NCBI RefSeq assembly: GCF_001677475.2
Contig: NZ_CP015229.1
Direction: 5' to 3' (one strand)
From: Escherichia coli
GTDB taxonomy: Bacteria; Pseudomonadota; Gammaproteobacteria; Enterobacterales; Enterobacteriaceae
Length of the DNA stretch: 64,000 nucleotides
Both the position numbers and the translations under genes were made by a program. Under the pieces are notes generated by a model. The model was not told the DNA's origin. It did no database searches and saw only the letters and a list, made by a program, of their open reading frames with translations. Every line of letters starts with the position of its first letter. The stretch's first letter is position 1. Shown here one piece after another: positions 13,354-26,297 of the stretch.

Positions 13354-14997
13354 TTATGCCGTCCGGGCAACGGCATCACGCGAAGCAGCATCGCGCTCTT
13401 CGCCTGTCAGCTCGCTAAGTTGCCCGTTGCGCATTTCCAGCAGGCGGTCAGCGTGGATAAAGTAATGATCATCATGACTGATGGCGAAAATCGTTTTACC
13501 CATCTCCTGCATTAGCGGCAGCAGCACCTGATAAAACTCACGACGGAAGTGTGGGTCCTGATCCGCCGCCCATTCATCCAGCAGGATAATATCGCGTTCT
13601 TCTGCCAGCGCCAGCAACAGCGCCACGCGTTTTTTCTGCCCTTTTGATAACTTCAGGTTAACAATACGCCCGTTGCTTAACTCAAGCTTATGAGCCATTT
13701 TCAGCTGCGCCAGCCACTTCTCAACCAGTTGCGGGTTAGCGGGTTTACCCTCCGGCCCCAGCAGTTGATCAAACAGCCAGACATCGGTAAACACTGCCGA
13801 AAACAGTTTGCGATAATCTTCCGGTTGTTCGCCGCTGACAGGTTTGCCATCCAGCAAGATTTCGCCGCTTTGTGGCTGATACAAGCCCGTCAGCAACATC
13901 GCCAGCGTCGATTTTCCGCTACCGTTGCCACCAATCAGAAACAGCAGTTCACCACGTTTGATGGTGAGGTTAATCGGCCCAACGGAAAACGCGTTATCCT
14001 GATAAGCAAACGTCACGTTACGCAGCTCCAGCGTTTGCCAGTTGGGAAACGCCTGCGGGCGCGGAAACTCTGCTTTGAAAGGCGCGAGCGCGAATTTGTT
14101 CAGCTTGTTAAACGCCACCTGCGCCGTCAGCAGCGTCGGCAATGCGCCAACCGCCGAAAGCAGCGGCGTACGCAGGAATAACAGCGTCAACGAATAGGTC
14201 GCGGCAACGTTGGTATCAGCCCAACCGAGACTGTTCGCCATCCAGAACACCAGGCCGATTGCGCCCAGCATCATGATGTTTGACCAGTTCACGGCACTAA
14301 GATGGAAGGTGTCTGCGCGAATAATATGATGGCGATACTCTTGCGCATCAGGAATGTAGAGGTTGTTAAACACATACTCGGCGCGTTCCCGGTTCAGAGT
14401 CAGCTCTTTGCGCCCTTCGAGTACGGTTTGAAAATCCGTGTACAGCTTGTCTTCGGTTTCACGCAGGGTCGCCATATGTTTGTACACCCGCGCCACCAGC
14501 ACAAAACCGCCCCAGATGGTGACTGCCATCCAGATAGCCGTTACCAGCAACATTTTGCCCGACAGCATCCACAAGTACGCCGCGGAACCGATAGTGAGGA
14601 TGATCCCCTGCACCAGTTCCGGCAGACGCACAAAAGCAATGGTGATATTGCGCACATCGCTGGTTAACCCCGCCAACAACGAGGCGCTACCGAGTTGTTC
14701 AATGCGCTCGACGTGAGTATCGAGAATCCGCTTGATAAATTCACTACGCAGTCGGTAAACGAAGTGATGCCCCAAAGTGGTGAGCGCCAGTTGCGATCCG
14801 AGAGTGACGGCCATCAACAGCAGCAATAATCCCAGAAACTCCGGCAACACCAGCAGACTGGTATCCGCCGTTTCGATAAGGCGCTGATTGATAAAAGCAA
14901 TTAAGCCAATGCCTAATGCCGCACTGGCGAGGCTTAGCGCCATCACACTGATAAATGGCCAGCGATACTGCCGCCAGACAAGTACAAGAAGTTCCAT
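13354..14997 (-). CDS. yojI: ABC transporter, fused permease/ATPase (microcin J25 efflux type)
   Basis: 547 aa ORF with N-terminal TM domain and C-terminal Walker [10 protein letters not shown] and Walker B ILLDEW. Confidence 0.9.
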   Translation of the reverse strand: MELLVLVWRQYRWPFISVMALSLASAALGIGLIAFINQRLIETADTSLLVLPEFLGLLLLLMAVTLGSQLALTTLGHHFVYRLRSEFIKRILDTHVERIEQLGSASLLAGLTSDVRNITIAFVRLPELVQGIILTIGSAAYLWMLSGKMLLVTAIWMAVTIWGGFVLVARVYKHMATLRETEDKLYTDFQTVLEGRKELTLNRERAEYVFNNLYIPDAQEYRHHIIRADTFHLSAVNWSNIMMLGAIGLVFWMANSLGWADTNVAATYSLTLLFLRTPLLSAVGALPTLLTAQVAFNKLNKFALAPFKAEFPRPQAFPNWQTLELRNVTFAYQDNAFSVGPINLTIKRGELLFLIGGNGSGKSTLAMLLTGLYQPQSGEILLDGKPVSGEQPEDYRKLFSAVFTDVWLFDQLLGPEGKPANPQLVEKWLAQLKMAHKLELSNGRIVNLKLSKGQKKRVALLLALAEERDIILLDEWAADQDPHFRREFYQVLLPLMQEMGKTIFAISHDDHYFIHADRLLEMRNGQLSELTGEERDAASRDAVARTA

Positions 14998-15072
14998 GCA
15001 GAAAACCCGGACAATGAATTACAGCCCGCAGTTTAAACATCTTCGCGCGCACAGCAATAATAATTCTTATTT

Positions 15073-15723
15073 TTATTCTTTTTTACCTGCCTGCCGGAAT
15101 GTCAGGTTGTAGCGGCAGTCGCCGGTGAGTGGATGAAACCCCGCTTTCAACGGTTGAATCCCATGATAAAACAGCCGCGACTCACCGCCCCATACCACCA
15201 CATCGCCATGTTCCAACAACAATCTTTTTAGCGGATCATTTCGTTTCAGGCCGCCAAATTGAAAAATCGCGGGTAAGCCCAGAGAAACAGAAACAATTGG
15301 CGCGCGCAGATCCGGTTCGTCTTTATCCTGATGCAGCGACAGTTTCGCGCCAGGAGCGTAGCGGTTGATAAGACAAGCATCTGGCTGGAAATCTGGATAG
15401 CCCGCCGCCGTAGCCGCACGTTGACATAAATTATGAAAACTCTGCGGCATGGCGGGCCACGGTTTATTTGTTTGCGGATCAATGGGCGAATAGAGATAAC
15501 CTTGCCGATGGCTCGTCCAGCCCAGATGCCCACAGTTGGTCATCGCCACCGACATGGTATATCCGCCTGGAGTGACCATCTGGCAAAACGGCGACTGGCT
15601 GGCAACGTCATTAATATCGCGGATTAGTTGCTCCGCAGCGTTAAAAGCAAAACGCCGTAAAATTACCGCACCAGCCGCCAGTGGCTCTTGCCACGGTTCA
15701 GCATCGGCAAACAGATCCAACAT
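15073..15723 (-). CDS. alkB: Fe(II)/2-oxoglutarate-dependent DNA/RNA dealkylase AlkB
   Basis: 216 aa ORF; start overlaps ada stop; conserved ada-alkB pairing. Confidence 0.93.
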   Translation of the reverse strand: MLDLFADAEPWQEPLAAGAVILRRFAFNAAEQLIRDINDVASQSPFCQMVTPGGYTMSVAMTNCGHLGWTSHRQGYLYSPIDPQTNKPWPAMPQSFHNLCQRAATAAGYPDFQPDACLINRYAPGAKLSLHQDKDEPDLRAPIVSVSLGLPAIFQFGGLKRNDPLKRLLLEHGDVVVWGGESRLFYHGIQPLKAGFHPLTGDCRYNLTFRQAGKKE

Positions 15724-16787
15724 TACCTCTCCTCATTCTCAGCTTCGCGGCGCAGCAGTTGCGCTTTGCGCGACGCGCCCCAGCGGTAACCTGAAAGCGA
15801 TCCATCACCGCGTACTACCCGATGACAGGGTATAACGATAGCCAGCTTGTTGGCGGCACAGGCACTGGCAACGGCCCGTACCGCTTTCGGTTTGCCGATG
15901 GCGTTCGCCAGTTGCTGATAACTGACGGTTTCACCACAAGGTATCGTGCGCAGTGCCTGCCAGACTTGTTGCTGAAAAGCAGTGCCGCGAATGTCCAGCG
16001 GTAACGTCAGCGGCGTATCGCGTTGATTGAGGCTGGCGATCACTTCACGCACATGTTGTTGAAACGTCAAATCGGCAGGCGCGTTGTCGGCAGCGGGAAA
16101 CATCTGCTGCAACTCGCTGATTAATGTCGCGTCATCATCGCCCAGCAATATCGCGCAAATCCCCCGCTCGCTTTCTGCCACCAGGCAACGGCCCAGCTCA
16201 CAATCAGCCAGCGCGTAACGCACCGCCATATTTTCGCCACCGTGACGGAATTGTTTAGCCGTCATGCCCAGCGTTTCGTCGGCTTTGCGGTAGTAACTGC
16301 TGCTGTCGGGGAATCCGGCGTTAAGAATAGATGTAGTCACGCTCTCCCCTTTCGCCAGCAATTCGCGCAAACGGCGAGCGCGCCAGGCCTGTTGCCAGGC
16401 TTTAGGCGTCATTCCGGTAGTCGCTTTAAACAACCGATGCAAATGAAATGGACTCATCGCCACCTGGTCGGCTAAGGCTTCCAGCGTTACAGGCGTTTCC
16501 TGTTCCAGAAGTCGGCAGGCGTGGGTAATTTTATCAAGGCGATGTTGCAGGGGATTGGCTTTGTCTGGCTGACAACGTTTGCAGGGACGAAAGCCAGCGG
16601 CAAGCGCCTCGCTGGCATTTGCGTAGAAGGAGACATTTTCCCGCAAGGCATGTCTGGCTCGGCAAGACGGACGGCAAAAGATACCCGTGGTGCGCACGGC
16701 GAAAACGAATTCGCCGTCGGCATTCGAGTCGCGGGCTAAGACAGATTGCCAGCGTTGATCGTCAGTTAAGCATGTGGCGTTTTTCAT
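15723..16787 (-). CDS. ada: bifunctional Ada regulator / O6-methylguanine-DNA methyltransferase
   Basis: N-terminal Cys cluster (FCRPSCR...CKRC), AraC-type HTH and C-terminal PCHRV active site; start ambiguous between tandem Met codons. Confidence 0.92.
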   Translation of the reverse strand: MKNATCLTDDQRWQSVLARDSNADGEFVFAVRTTGIFCRPSCRARHALRENVSFYANASEALAAGFRPCKRCQPDKANPLQHRLDKITHACRLLEQETPVTLEALADQVAMSPFHLHRLFKATTGMTPKAWQQAWRARRLRELLAKGESVTTSILNAGFPDSSSYYRKADETLGMTAKQFRHGGENMAVRYALADCELGRCLVAESERGICAILLGDDDATLISELQQMFPAADNAPADLTFQQHVREVIASLNQRDTPLTLPLDIRGTAFQQQVWQALRTIPCGETVSYQQLANAIGKPKAVRAVASACAANKLAIVIPCHRVVRGDGSLSGYRWGASRKAQLLRREAENEER

Positions 16788-16860
16788 CATCAGCTCCCTG
16801 GTTAAGGATAGCCTTTAGTCTGCCCGGTCACCATCACGCAAAAACCAACAATCTTGCGCT

Positions 16861-17916
16861 TTAATTTTTTTCGCTCACCAGGAAACTTTTAAACTGCGGC
16901 GACATCCAGGTTTTAAAACTATCGCCCTCTTTGGTGATCATATAAACCGCCAGCCCTTCCCGGCGAACGACTTCTTTGGCTTTCTCTGGCCCGAGCACCA
17001 TTAAGCCAGTATCCCAGGCGTCGGCTTCCAGCGCCGTCGGGGCAATCACCGTCACGGAGACCAGATTGTGTTCAATGGGACGCCCGGTTTGCGGATCGAT
17101 AACATGGGAAAGGCGTTTGCCGTCCAGTTCGTAATAGTTGCGATAGCTGCCGGAGGTGCTAATCCCGTGACCGTTGATATCCACCACGGCCTGAACCGCG
17201 TTTTCTTTATCGGTCGGTTTTTGGATCGCTACCCGCCACGGCTGGCCTTCACCGTTCATACCACGGCTATCCAGAGCACCACCAACTGACACCAGATAAC
17301 GTGAAATACCTTCCTGCTCCATCAAGCGTGCCAGGTGATCCGCCGCATAACCTTCACCGACGGTGGAGAGATCGACATATAAATCCGGCAGGTCTTTTTG
17401 CAGATATTGCTGATGCGACTGATTAATGACCGTCAGGTGCTGTAAGCCGGTTTTGGCTTTCATCGCGTCGATCTGTTCCTGGTTCGGGATTTGTACTGGC
17501 TGTTGTTCCGGGCCAAAGCCCCACAGATTCACCAGCGGCCCGACAGTAATATCCATCGCGCCATCGGTTTTGGCGCCAATGCGCAGCGAGGTGGTGATGA
17601 TATCGGCCATCGCTTCACTTACCGGCCACGGTGACAAACTTTTCGAATCGTTAAAGCGCATCAGCGCGGAGTCTTTTTTATAGGTCGAAAGCAGCTGATC
17701 GTCGGCGTCCAGCTGGGTCTGAATCTTTTCTTTAAGTTCGGCACTGCGTTTGGCGTCAATGCCCGGAATGCTGGCACGCCAGAAGGTACCCATGGTTTTG
17801 CCTTCGAGAACGGTAACTTCAATAGCGTGGGTTTTGGCGGGTTGTGGTTTTTGATCGCAACCAACAAAGAAGAGCGCGGCAGCCAGCAATGCCACGCGGG
17901 TAAAGCTTATTTCCAT
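16861..17916 (-). CDS. apbE: FAD:protein FMN transferase (lipoprotein ApbE)
   Basis: 351 aa ORF with lipoprotein signal (LFFVGC). Confidence 0.9.
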   Translation of the reverse strand: MEISFTRVALLAAALFFVGCDQKPQPAKTHAIEVTVLEGKTMGTFWRASIPGIDAKRSAELKEKIQTQLDADDQLLSTYKKDSALMRFNDSKSLSPWPVSEAMADIITTSLRIGAKTDGAMDITVGPLVNLWGFGPEQQPVQIPNQEQIDAMKAKTGLQHLTVINQSHQQYLQKDLPDLYVDLSTVGEGYAADHLARLMEQEGISRYLVSVGGALDSRGMNGEGQPWRVAIQKPTDKENAVQAVVDINGHGISTSGSYRNYYELDGKRLSHVIDPQTGRPIEHNLVSVTVIAPTALEADAWDTGLMVLGPEKAKEVVRREGLAVYMITKEGDSFKTWMSPQFKSFLVSEKN

Positions 17917-17986
17917 ACGTGATTATCCTCATGCGAACGGTCGCAAGAGTACACCAAAAAACTGCGTTTGTACGCTGAAAACAATG

Positions 17987-18006
17987 AAAAAAGGGCCCGC
18001 AGGCCC
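17987..18006 (-). terminator. rho-independent terminator of ompC
   Basis: Hairpin gggcc-cgca-ggccc followed by U-run on the minus strand (A-run 17987-17992 on plus). Confidence 0.8.
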
Positions 18007-18027
18007 TTTGTTCGATAAAAATCGAGA

Positions 18028-19453
<1,426 letters not shown>

Positions 19454-19546
19454 GCTATCATCATTAACTTTATTTATTACCGTCATTCATTTCTGAATGT
19501 CTGTTTACCCCTATTTCAACCGGATGCCTCGCATCCGGTTTTTTTA
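19454..19546 (+). ncRNA. micF: MicF antisense sRNA
   Basis: Matches the MicF sequence as I recall it (GCTATCATCATTAACTTTATTTATTACCGTCATTCATTTCTGAATGTCTG...), ending in hairpin ccggatgcctcgcatccgg plus T7 run. Confidence 0.9.
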
Positions 19547-19856
19547 CCCTTCTTTACACACTTTTCATTATTCTGTGCTACCACAGAAAAACTATAACGC
19601 TTGTTAATTATTTCACAAATAATTAACATCAGCATAATTTCCAGCAATCTTCGTTTATTTGCAATTAATTTCGTTAGGCTTTTTGTAGGTTATTTGTACA
19701 GCAAAATGGCGCTTGTACATCTATTTCCCCCAATGCAGGATGATAAATATCACGGGAGAATAGAGAATCATCAATCAGGTAAGAGTCTGGAATTTCACAC
19801 TGTACCCTTTATACTGCCCTATCACTTCGCGAAGTTTTAACAGGTCATAAACACGA

Positions 19857-22529
19857 ATGCGTCAGAAAGAGACAACGGCCACGACCCGCTTTTCACTCCT
19901 ACCGGGGAGCATTACCCGCTTCTTTTTACTGTTGATCATTGTGTTACTGGTGACGATGGGTGTAATGGTACAAAGCGCCGTTAACGCCTGGCTGAAAGAT
20001 AAAAGTTACCAGATTGTCGACATTACCCACGCTATCCAAAAGCGCGTCGATACCTGGCGTTACGTGACCTGGCAGATCTACGACAACATTGCCGCGACGA
20101 CCTCCCCCTCCTCCGGCGAAGGTTTACAAGAGACGCGCCTGAAACAGGATGTCTACTATCTGGAAAAACCGCGCCGCAAAACGGAAGCGTTAATCTTTGG
20201 CTCTCACGACAACTCAACGCTTGAGATGACTCAACGGATGTCCACCTATCTGGACACATTGTGGGGCGCAGAAAATGTACCGTGGTCGATGTATTACCTG
20301 AATGGTCAGGATAACAGTCTGGTGCTGATCTCAACCCTGCCCCTCAAAGATCTCACCTCCGGATTTAAAGAATCGACCGTCAGTGACATTGTTGATTCAC
20401 GTCGTGCAGAGATGTTGCAACAGGCCAACGCCCTCGATGAACGCGAAAGTTTTTCTAACATGCGCCGCCTGGCCTGGCAGAACGGTCATTACTTTACCTT
20501 GCGTACCACGTTCAACCAGCCGGGACATCTGGCAACGGTCGTGGCTTTTGATCTGCCGATTAATGATTTGATCCCACCGGGTATGCCGCTGGACAGTTTC
20601 CGCCTTGAGCCAGACGCGACGGCAACGGGAGACAATAATAATGAGAAAGAAGGAACGGATAGCGTCAGTATCCACTTTAACAGTACGAAGATTGAAATCT
20701 CCTCGGCACTCAACTCTACCGATATGCGCCTGGTCTGGCAGGTTCCTTATGGCACCTTACTGCTGGATACGTTGCAAAACATTCTGCTGCCACTGCTGCT
20801 GAACATCGGTTTGCTGGCGCTGGCGTTATTTGGCTATACCACATTCCGCCATTTCTCCAGCCGCAGTACAGAAAGCGTCCCCAGCACGGCGGTCAATAAC
20901 GAATTGCGCATTTTACGGGCAATTAATGAAGAGATAGTCTCACTGCTGCCGCTCGGCCTGCTGGTTCACGATCAGGAATCGAACCGCACTGTCATAAGTA
21001 ACAAAATTGCCGATCATTTGCTGCCGCATTTGAATCTGCAAAACATCACCACCATGGCGGAACAGCATCAGGGGATTATTCAGGCGACGATCAATAACGA
21101 GCTGTATGAGATCCGCATGTTCCGCAGCCAGGTTGCGCCGCGCACACAAATTTTCATTATTCGCGATCAGGATCGCGAAGTGCTGGTAAACAAGAAACTC
21201 AAGCAGGCGCAGCGTCTGTATGAGAAAAACCAGCAGGGGCGGATGACCTTTATGAAAAACATTGGCGATGCGCTGAAAGAACCCGCACAGTCCCTGGCGG
21301 AGAGCGCGGCTAAACTCAACGCCCCGGAAAGCAAACAACTGGCGAATCAGGCAGATGTGCTGGTGCGATTGGTCGATGAAATACAGTTAGCGAACATGCT
21401 TGCGGACGATAGCTGGAAAAGTGAGACGGTGCTGTTCTCCGTGCAGGATTTAATTGATGAAGTTGTGCCTTCAGTGTTGCCTGCCATCAAGCGTAAAGGT
21501 CTGCAACTGCTGATTAACAATCATCTGAAAGCACACGATATGCGCCGCGGCGATCGCGATGCCTTACGACGTATTTTGCTGCTACTGATGCAATATGCCG
21601 TGACCTCAACGCAATTGGGAAAAATCACCCTTGAGGTTGATCAGGATGAGTCCTCCGAAGACCGCCTGACGTTCCGCATTCTGGACACCGGAGAAGGCGT
21701 AAGCATTCATGAAATGGATAATTTGCACTTCCCGTTTATCAACCAGACCCAAAACGATCGCTATGGCAAGGCGGACCCGCTGGCATTCTGGCTGAGCGAT
21801 CAACTGGCGCGTAAACTGGGCGGTCATTTAAACATCAAAACGCGGGATGGGCTTGGTACACGCTACTCTGTGCATATCAAAATGCTCGCAGCTGACCCGG
21901 AAGTTGAAGAGGAAGAAGAGCGTTTACTGGATGATGTCTGCGTAATGGTGGATGTTACTTCGGCAGAAATTCGGAATATTGTCACTCGCCAGTTAGAAAA
22001 TTGGGGTGCAACCTGTATCACACCCGATGAAAGATTAATTAGTCAAGATTATGATATCTTTTTAACGGATAATCCGTCTAATCTTACTGCCTCTGGCTTG
22101 CTTTTAAGCGATGATGAGTCTGGCGTACGGGAAATTGGGCCTGGTCAATTGTGCGTCAACTTCAATATGAGCAACGCTATGCAGGAAGCGGTCTTACAAT
22201 TAATTGAAGTGCAACTGGCGCAGGAAGAGGTGACAGAATCGCCTCTGGGCGGAGATGAAAATGCGCAACTCCATGCCAGCGGCTATTATGCGCTCTTTGT
22301 AGACACAGTACCGGATGATGTTAAGAGGCTGTATACTGAAGCAGCAACCAGTGACTTTGCTGCGTTAGCCCAAACGGCTCATCGTCTTAAAGGCGTATTT
22401 GCCATGCTAAATCTGGTACCCGGCAAGCAGTTATGTGAAACGCTGGAACATCTGATTCGTGAGAAGGATGTTCCAGGAATAGAAAAATACATCAGCGACA
22501 TTGACAGTTATGTCAAGAGCTTGCTGTAG
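19857..22529 (+). CDS. rcsD: phosphotransfer intermediate protein RcsD
   Basis: 890 aa ORF with two N-terminal TM segments and C-terminal HPt-like domain; upstream of rcsB. Confidence 0.93.
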   Translation: MRQKETTATTRFSLLPGSITRFFLLLIIVLLVTMGVMVQSAVNAWLKDKSYQIVDITHAIQKRVDTWRYVTWQIYDNIAATTSPSSGEGLQETRLKQDVYYLEKPRRKTEALIFGSHDNSTLEMTQRMSTYLDTLWGAENVPWSMYYLNGQDNSLVLISTLPLKDLTSGFKESTVSDIVDSRRAEMLQQANALDERESFSNMRRLAWQNGHYFTLRTTFNQPGHLATVVAFDLPINDLIPPGMPLDSFRLEPDATATGDNNNEKEGTDSVSIHFNSTKIEISSALNSTDMRLVWQVPYGTLLLDTLQNILLPLLLNIGLLALALFGYTTFRHFSSRSTESVPSTAVNNELRILRAINEEIVSLLPLGLLVHDQESNRTVISNKIADHLLPHLNLQNITTMAEQHQGIIQATINNELYEIRMFRSQVAPRTQIFIIRDQDREVLVNKKLKQAQRLYEKNQQGRMTFMKNIGDALKEPAQSLAESAAKLNAPESKQLANQADVLVRLVDEIQLANMLADDSWKSETVLFSVQDLIDEVVPSVLPAIKRKGLQLLINNHLKAHDMRRGDRDALRRILLLLMQYAVTSTQLGKITLEVDQDESSEDRLTFRILDTGEGVSIHEMDNLHFPFINQTQNDRYGKADPLAFWLSDQLARKLGGHLNIKTRDGLGTRYSVHIKMLAADPEVEEEEERLLDDVCVMVDVTSAEIRNIVTRQLENWGATCITPDERLISQDYDIFLTDNPSNLTASGLLLSDDESGVREIGPGQLCVNFNMSNAMQEAVLQLIEVQLAQEEVTESPLGGDENAQLHASGYYALFVDTVPDDVKRLYTEAATSDFAALAQTAHRLKGVFAMLNLVPGKQLCETLEHLIREKDVPGIEKYISDIDSYVKSLL

Positions 22530-22545
22530 CAAGGTAGCCTATTAC

Positions 22546-23196
22546 ATGAACAATATGAACGTAATTATTGCCGATGACCATCCGATAGTCTTGTTCGGTA
22601 TTCGCAAATCACTTGAGCAAATTGAGTGGGTGAATGTTGTCGGCGAATTTGAAGACTCTACAGCACTGATCAACAACCTGCCGAAACTGGATGCGCATGT
22701 GTTGATTACCGATCTCTCCATGCCTGGCGATAAGTACGGCGATGGCATTACCTTAATCAAGTACATCAAGCGCCATTTCCCAAGCCTGTCGATCATCGTT
22801 CTGACCATGAACAACAACCCGGCGATTCTTAGTGCGGTATTGGATCTGGATATCGAAGGGATCGTGCTGAAACAAGGTGCTCCGACCGATCTGCCGAAAG
22901 CTCTCGCCGCGCTGCAAAAAGGGAAGAAATTTACCCCGGAAAGCGTTTCTCGCCTGTTGGAAAAAATCAGTGCTGGTGGTTACGGTGACAAGCGTCTCTC
23001 GCCAAAAGAGAGTGAAGTTCTGCGCCTGTTTGCGGAAGGCTTCCTGGTGACCGAGATCGCTAAAAAGCTGAACCGCAGTATTAAAACCATCAGTAGCCAG
23101 AAGAAATCTGCGATGATGAAGCTGGGTGTCGAGAACGATATCGCCCTGCTGAATTATCTCTCTTCAGTGACGTTAAGTCCGGCAGATAAAGACTAA
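22546..23196 (+). CDS. rcsB: response regulator RcsB (LuxR/FixJ family)
   Basis: Start at MNNMNVIIADDHPIVLFG; receiver domain plus C-terminal HTH; track N-terminal extension rejected. Confidence 0.95.
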   Translation: MNNMNVIIADDHPIVLFGIRKSLEQIEWVNVVGEFEDSTALINNLPKLDAHVLITDLSMPGDKYGDGITLIKYIKRHFPSLSIIVLTMNNNPAILSAVLDLDIEGIVLKQGAPTDLPKALAALQKGKKFTPESVSRLLEKISAGGYGDKRLSPKESEVLRLFAEGFLVTEIAKKLNRSIKTISSQKKSAMMKLGVENDIALLNYLSSVTLSPADKD

Positions 23197-23200
23197 TCAC

Positions 23201-23286
23201 CTGTAGGCCAGATAAGACGCGTTAGTGTCTTATCTGGCATTTGCACCGATTGGCGGATGCGGCGTAAACGCCTTATCCGGCCTACG
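23201..23286. repeat. REP palindromic element between rcsB and rcsC
   Basis: ggccagataagacgcgttagtgtcttatctggc and ggcggatgcggcgtaaacgccttatccggcctac palindromes. Confidence 0.8.
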
Positions 23287-26131
23287 ATTCCCGCGATTTT
23301 CTGACCCTCTCGGCATATACCGTCAGCGTCTGTTTTATCACATCCAGCGTTACCGGCTTCGACAGGCAGCTGTCCATACCGGACTCCAGACACCGCTGCT
23401 TCTCTTCAGCCAACGCATTAGCAGTTACTCCGATTACCGGCAACGTCAGTCCCAACTGACGAATGCGTTGCGTCAAGCGGTAACCATCCATATTTGGCAT
23501 GTTGACGTCGCTAAGCACGATATCAATATTATTCTTGCTAAGTACATTAAGCGCATCGACGCCATCATTCGCGGTTTTACATTGATAGCCCAACGATCCC
23601 AACTGATCTGCCAGAAGACGCCGGTTAATCGGATGATCATCCACGACCAGAATCATCATATCGTCGTTATCGCTGACCGCTTTGTCCGTCGACGGCAGAG
23701 CGTTAGCAGGATCATCGCTCTCCATCTCGATCAAATAAATACGCGCCAACAATGCCGGTAGCTCATGCGGGGCAGCCACACTGTGTACCCACTCCCCTGG
23801 CGCTTTCTCCAGCGGAATACCAATATGGCGACGACAGAAGGTCACTACCGCTCTACCCTGCCATTTTTTACTCACTACCTCGTCAGTAATTAACACATCT
23901 TCGGGAGTCGGTTCCTGCCCTTCGTATGTTGTAACGACGATGCCGCTGCGCTGCAAACTGGTTTCCAGGAACTGACAGAGCGACGCATTGCGGACCGCCA
24001 GCCAGCAGCGTTTACCACTCAACCCTTCCACGCCTTTTTTCTGCGGGTACTGAGCGCCGTACAACGGAATACGCACGGTAAACTGGCTGCCCATTCCCGG
24101 TTCTGAATCTACCGAGATATCGCCGTCCATCATGCTGATCAGTTTTTCACAAATCGCCAGACCCAGACCGGTCCCCTGGAAGTTACGCTGTACGCCCGTT
24201 CCGACCTGGAAGAAGGGATCAAACAAGCGCACCACTTCTTTCGCCGGAATCCCCACGCCGGTATCGCGAACACGGATAGAGAGATAATCGCCATCAGCGC
24301 GAACATGCAAAACTATACAGCCGGTATCGGTGAATTTTATGGCGTTACTCAACAGATTGGAGATGACCTGCTGTAAACGCATCGGGTCGCCATTTAAGGC
24401 CACTGGCACATCCGGTTCAATAAAGCAGTACAAGCCTAGCTGCTTGCGTACCACCAGCGGTAAATAGTTGGCGGTGATGTGGTTCATCACTTCACGCGGT
24501 GAAAACTCACGCGGTTCGATCTTCAACTGTTCCGATTCAATCTTCGAGAAGTCGAGAATATCGCTGATAATTTTCAACAACAGACTGGAAGAGTTGTTCA
24601 TTGCCGTCACAAGACGATCGACGCCTTTCGGTAACTCTTTGGTTTGCAACAGATCCAGGTTACCGATAATGCCATACAGCGGCGTTCGCAGCTCATGACT
24701 GACGGTGGCAAGGAACATCGATTTTGACTGGCTCGCCTGTTCCGCTGCTTGTGCCATCTCCTGCAACGACTCTTCCATCTTCACGCGCGAAGAAACATCC
24801 ACCAGCACACAAATGGCCACGTTTTCATTACGATAGCGCGAATGGACGAAGCTGATTTGCAGATTGGTATTGTTGCTGGTCAGGACATCAACAAAATTGA
24901 CCTGCTGCCCACAGATAATTTGCGTCAGTCGTTGGCGATCCTCATGCGTAAGCATATTGAGATAGGTATGCGCCAGTTCGTTACTTAAAATATTGACGCC
25001 ATCAGCGGTACGTAAAATGCAGATACCTACTGGCGCGGAGGCGACAATCTTGCGATTAAACTGCTCATGTTCTTCCAGTCGCAAGGCGTCGCTTTCCGCC
25101 GGAATGAAAATACGCCGCTCGTACATCCGCGCGAGAGTAAACAATGCAGCTCCGGCAAGCACATTCAGCAAAATTGCGTTAAGGATCAACATGCGAATGC
25201 GTTCCAGCACCTTATCAACCGGCACCGAATAAACGATGCTTAGCGATGAGGGTGGCAGATTTTTCTTCAGCACCAGCTCCCGGAACCCTTCCGTATAGCC
25301 AAACCAGGAGCGTTCCTGCATCCAGCGAGGATCGCCCTTAATTTTACTTTCTGGTCCGGTAAGCGAAATCAGGGTATGACCATTTTCATCCAGAATGGTA
25401 ACCCCCATCGGCAACGTACCCGGTAAGAAAAAGTTCTCCATCCGGATGGTCTGCTCGACACCCAAAAGCGCCTGCAACCGGTTTGCCAGATAAACTGGCG
25501 TCAACGCGTAAAAATACCCGACGCCAGGGCGCGGACCTTCGCTGATCCAGAAGAGGTTACTGCCGCTATCATCTTGTGGTGCATTTCGATATTTATTGAT
25601 GCGTTCATGCAAAGCTTTCAACGCGGTATCGCGTTCCACTGGCATATCACGCAGACCGAAATTGGCCATGCAAAGGTTATCGCTGCCGATTAAAAATACC
25701 CGGTTGAGATCGTAAGCCGCAGAGAAATTATCGCGCCAGTAGCGCATAAACCACGCCAATGACTCCAGAGAGCCTCGCCAGGTGTTACTCATTGCGGAAC
25801 AATCGGAGTCGGCAAACAGCGGTTCAAACGCAGGCACATCCGCCTGCGTTTCTCGTCCACGCGGGGAAAGCACACCGTTTTCTGCCGATAAGCGATTTTC
25901 AGCTATGTACTTCAGCTCTTTCATCACATCAGAGGTACGTTGAATAAAGCGCTGAGCCTGATCGGAACTCAGATTAAATTCCTGACGAATTTCCGATTCT
26001 CGCTGATGTAACGCATTCACGATGTAAAAAACGGATGAAAAAGCAATCAACAGCCAGAGCACTAACGCCAATGCTCTGAACATGTAGCGCGAGGCTTTCA
26101 GGGTTGTACGAAAAGAAGCAAGGTATTTCAA
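23282..26131 (-). CDS. rcsC: hybrid sensor histidine kinase RcsC
   Basis: 949 aa ORF with HisKA H-box (SHELRTPL), ATPase domain and C-terminal receiver domain (VVDDHPINRRL). Confidence 0.95.
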   Translation of the reverse strand: MKYLASFRTTLKASRYMFRALALVLWLLIAFSSVFYIVNALHQRESEIRQEFNLSSDQAQRFIQRTSDVMKELKYIAENRLSAENGVLSPRGRETQADVPAFEPLFADSDCSAMSNTWRGSLESLAWFMRYWRDNFSAAYDLNRVFLIGSDNLCMANFGLRDMPVERDTALKALHERINKYRNAPQDDSGSNLFWISEGPRPGVGYFYALTPVYLANRLQALLGVEQTIRMENFFLPGTLPMGVTILDENGHTLISLTGPESKIKGDPRWMQERSWFGYTEGFRELVLKKNLPPSSLSIVYSVPVDKVLERIRMLILNAILLNVLAGAALFTLARMYERRIFIPAESDALRLEEHEQFNRKIVASAPVGICILRTADGVNILSNELAHTYLNMLTHEDRQRLTQIICGQQVNFVDVLTSNNTNLQISFVHSRYRNENVAICVLVDVSSRVKMEESLQEMAQAAEQASQSKSMFLATVSHELRTPLYGIIGNLDLLQTKELPKGVDRLVTAMNNSSSLLLKIISDILDFSKIESEQLKIEPREFSPREVMNHITANYLPLVVRKQLGLYCFIEPDVPVALNGDPMRLQQVISNLLSNAIKFTDTGCIVLHVRADGDYLSIRVRDTGVGIPAKEVVRLFDPFFQVGTGVQRNFQGTGLGLAICEKLISMMDGDISVDSEPGMGSQFTVRIPLYGAQYPQKKGVEGLSGKRCWLAVRNASLCQFLETSLQRSGIVVTTYEGQEPTPEDVLITDEVVSKKWQGRAVVTFCRRHIGIPLEKAPGEWVHSVAAPHELPALLARIYLIEMESDDPANALPSTDKAVSDNDDMMILVVDDHPINRRLLADQLGSLGYQCKTANDGVDALNVLSKNNIDIVLSDVNMPNMDGYRLTQRIRQLGLTLPVIGVTANALAEEKQRCLESGMDSCLSKPVTLDVIKQTLTVYAERVRKSRES

Positions 26132-26297
26132 AGGGGCGAAGCTCCGCCTCAGGTGACCGATGGAGTGTGGTTAAGGTAGCGGTAAAAGCGTGTTATCGCA
26201 ATGTTCTCTCTTCTCTGGAATATGATACACCGCCGAGAAATCATCACCTTAACCTCTGATAATCGTCATATACCGGACAAGACTAGTGGATTTCAGC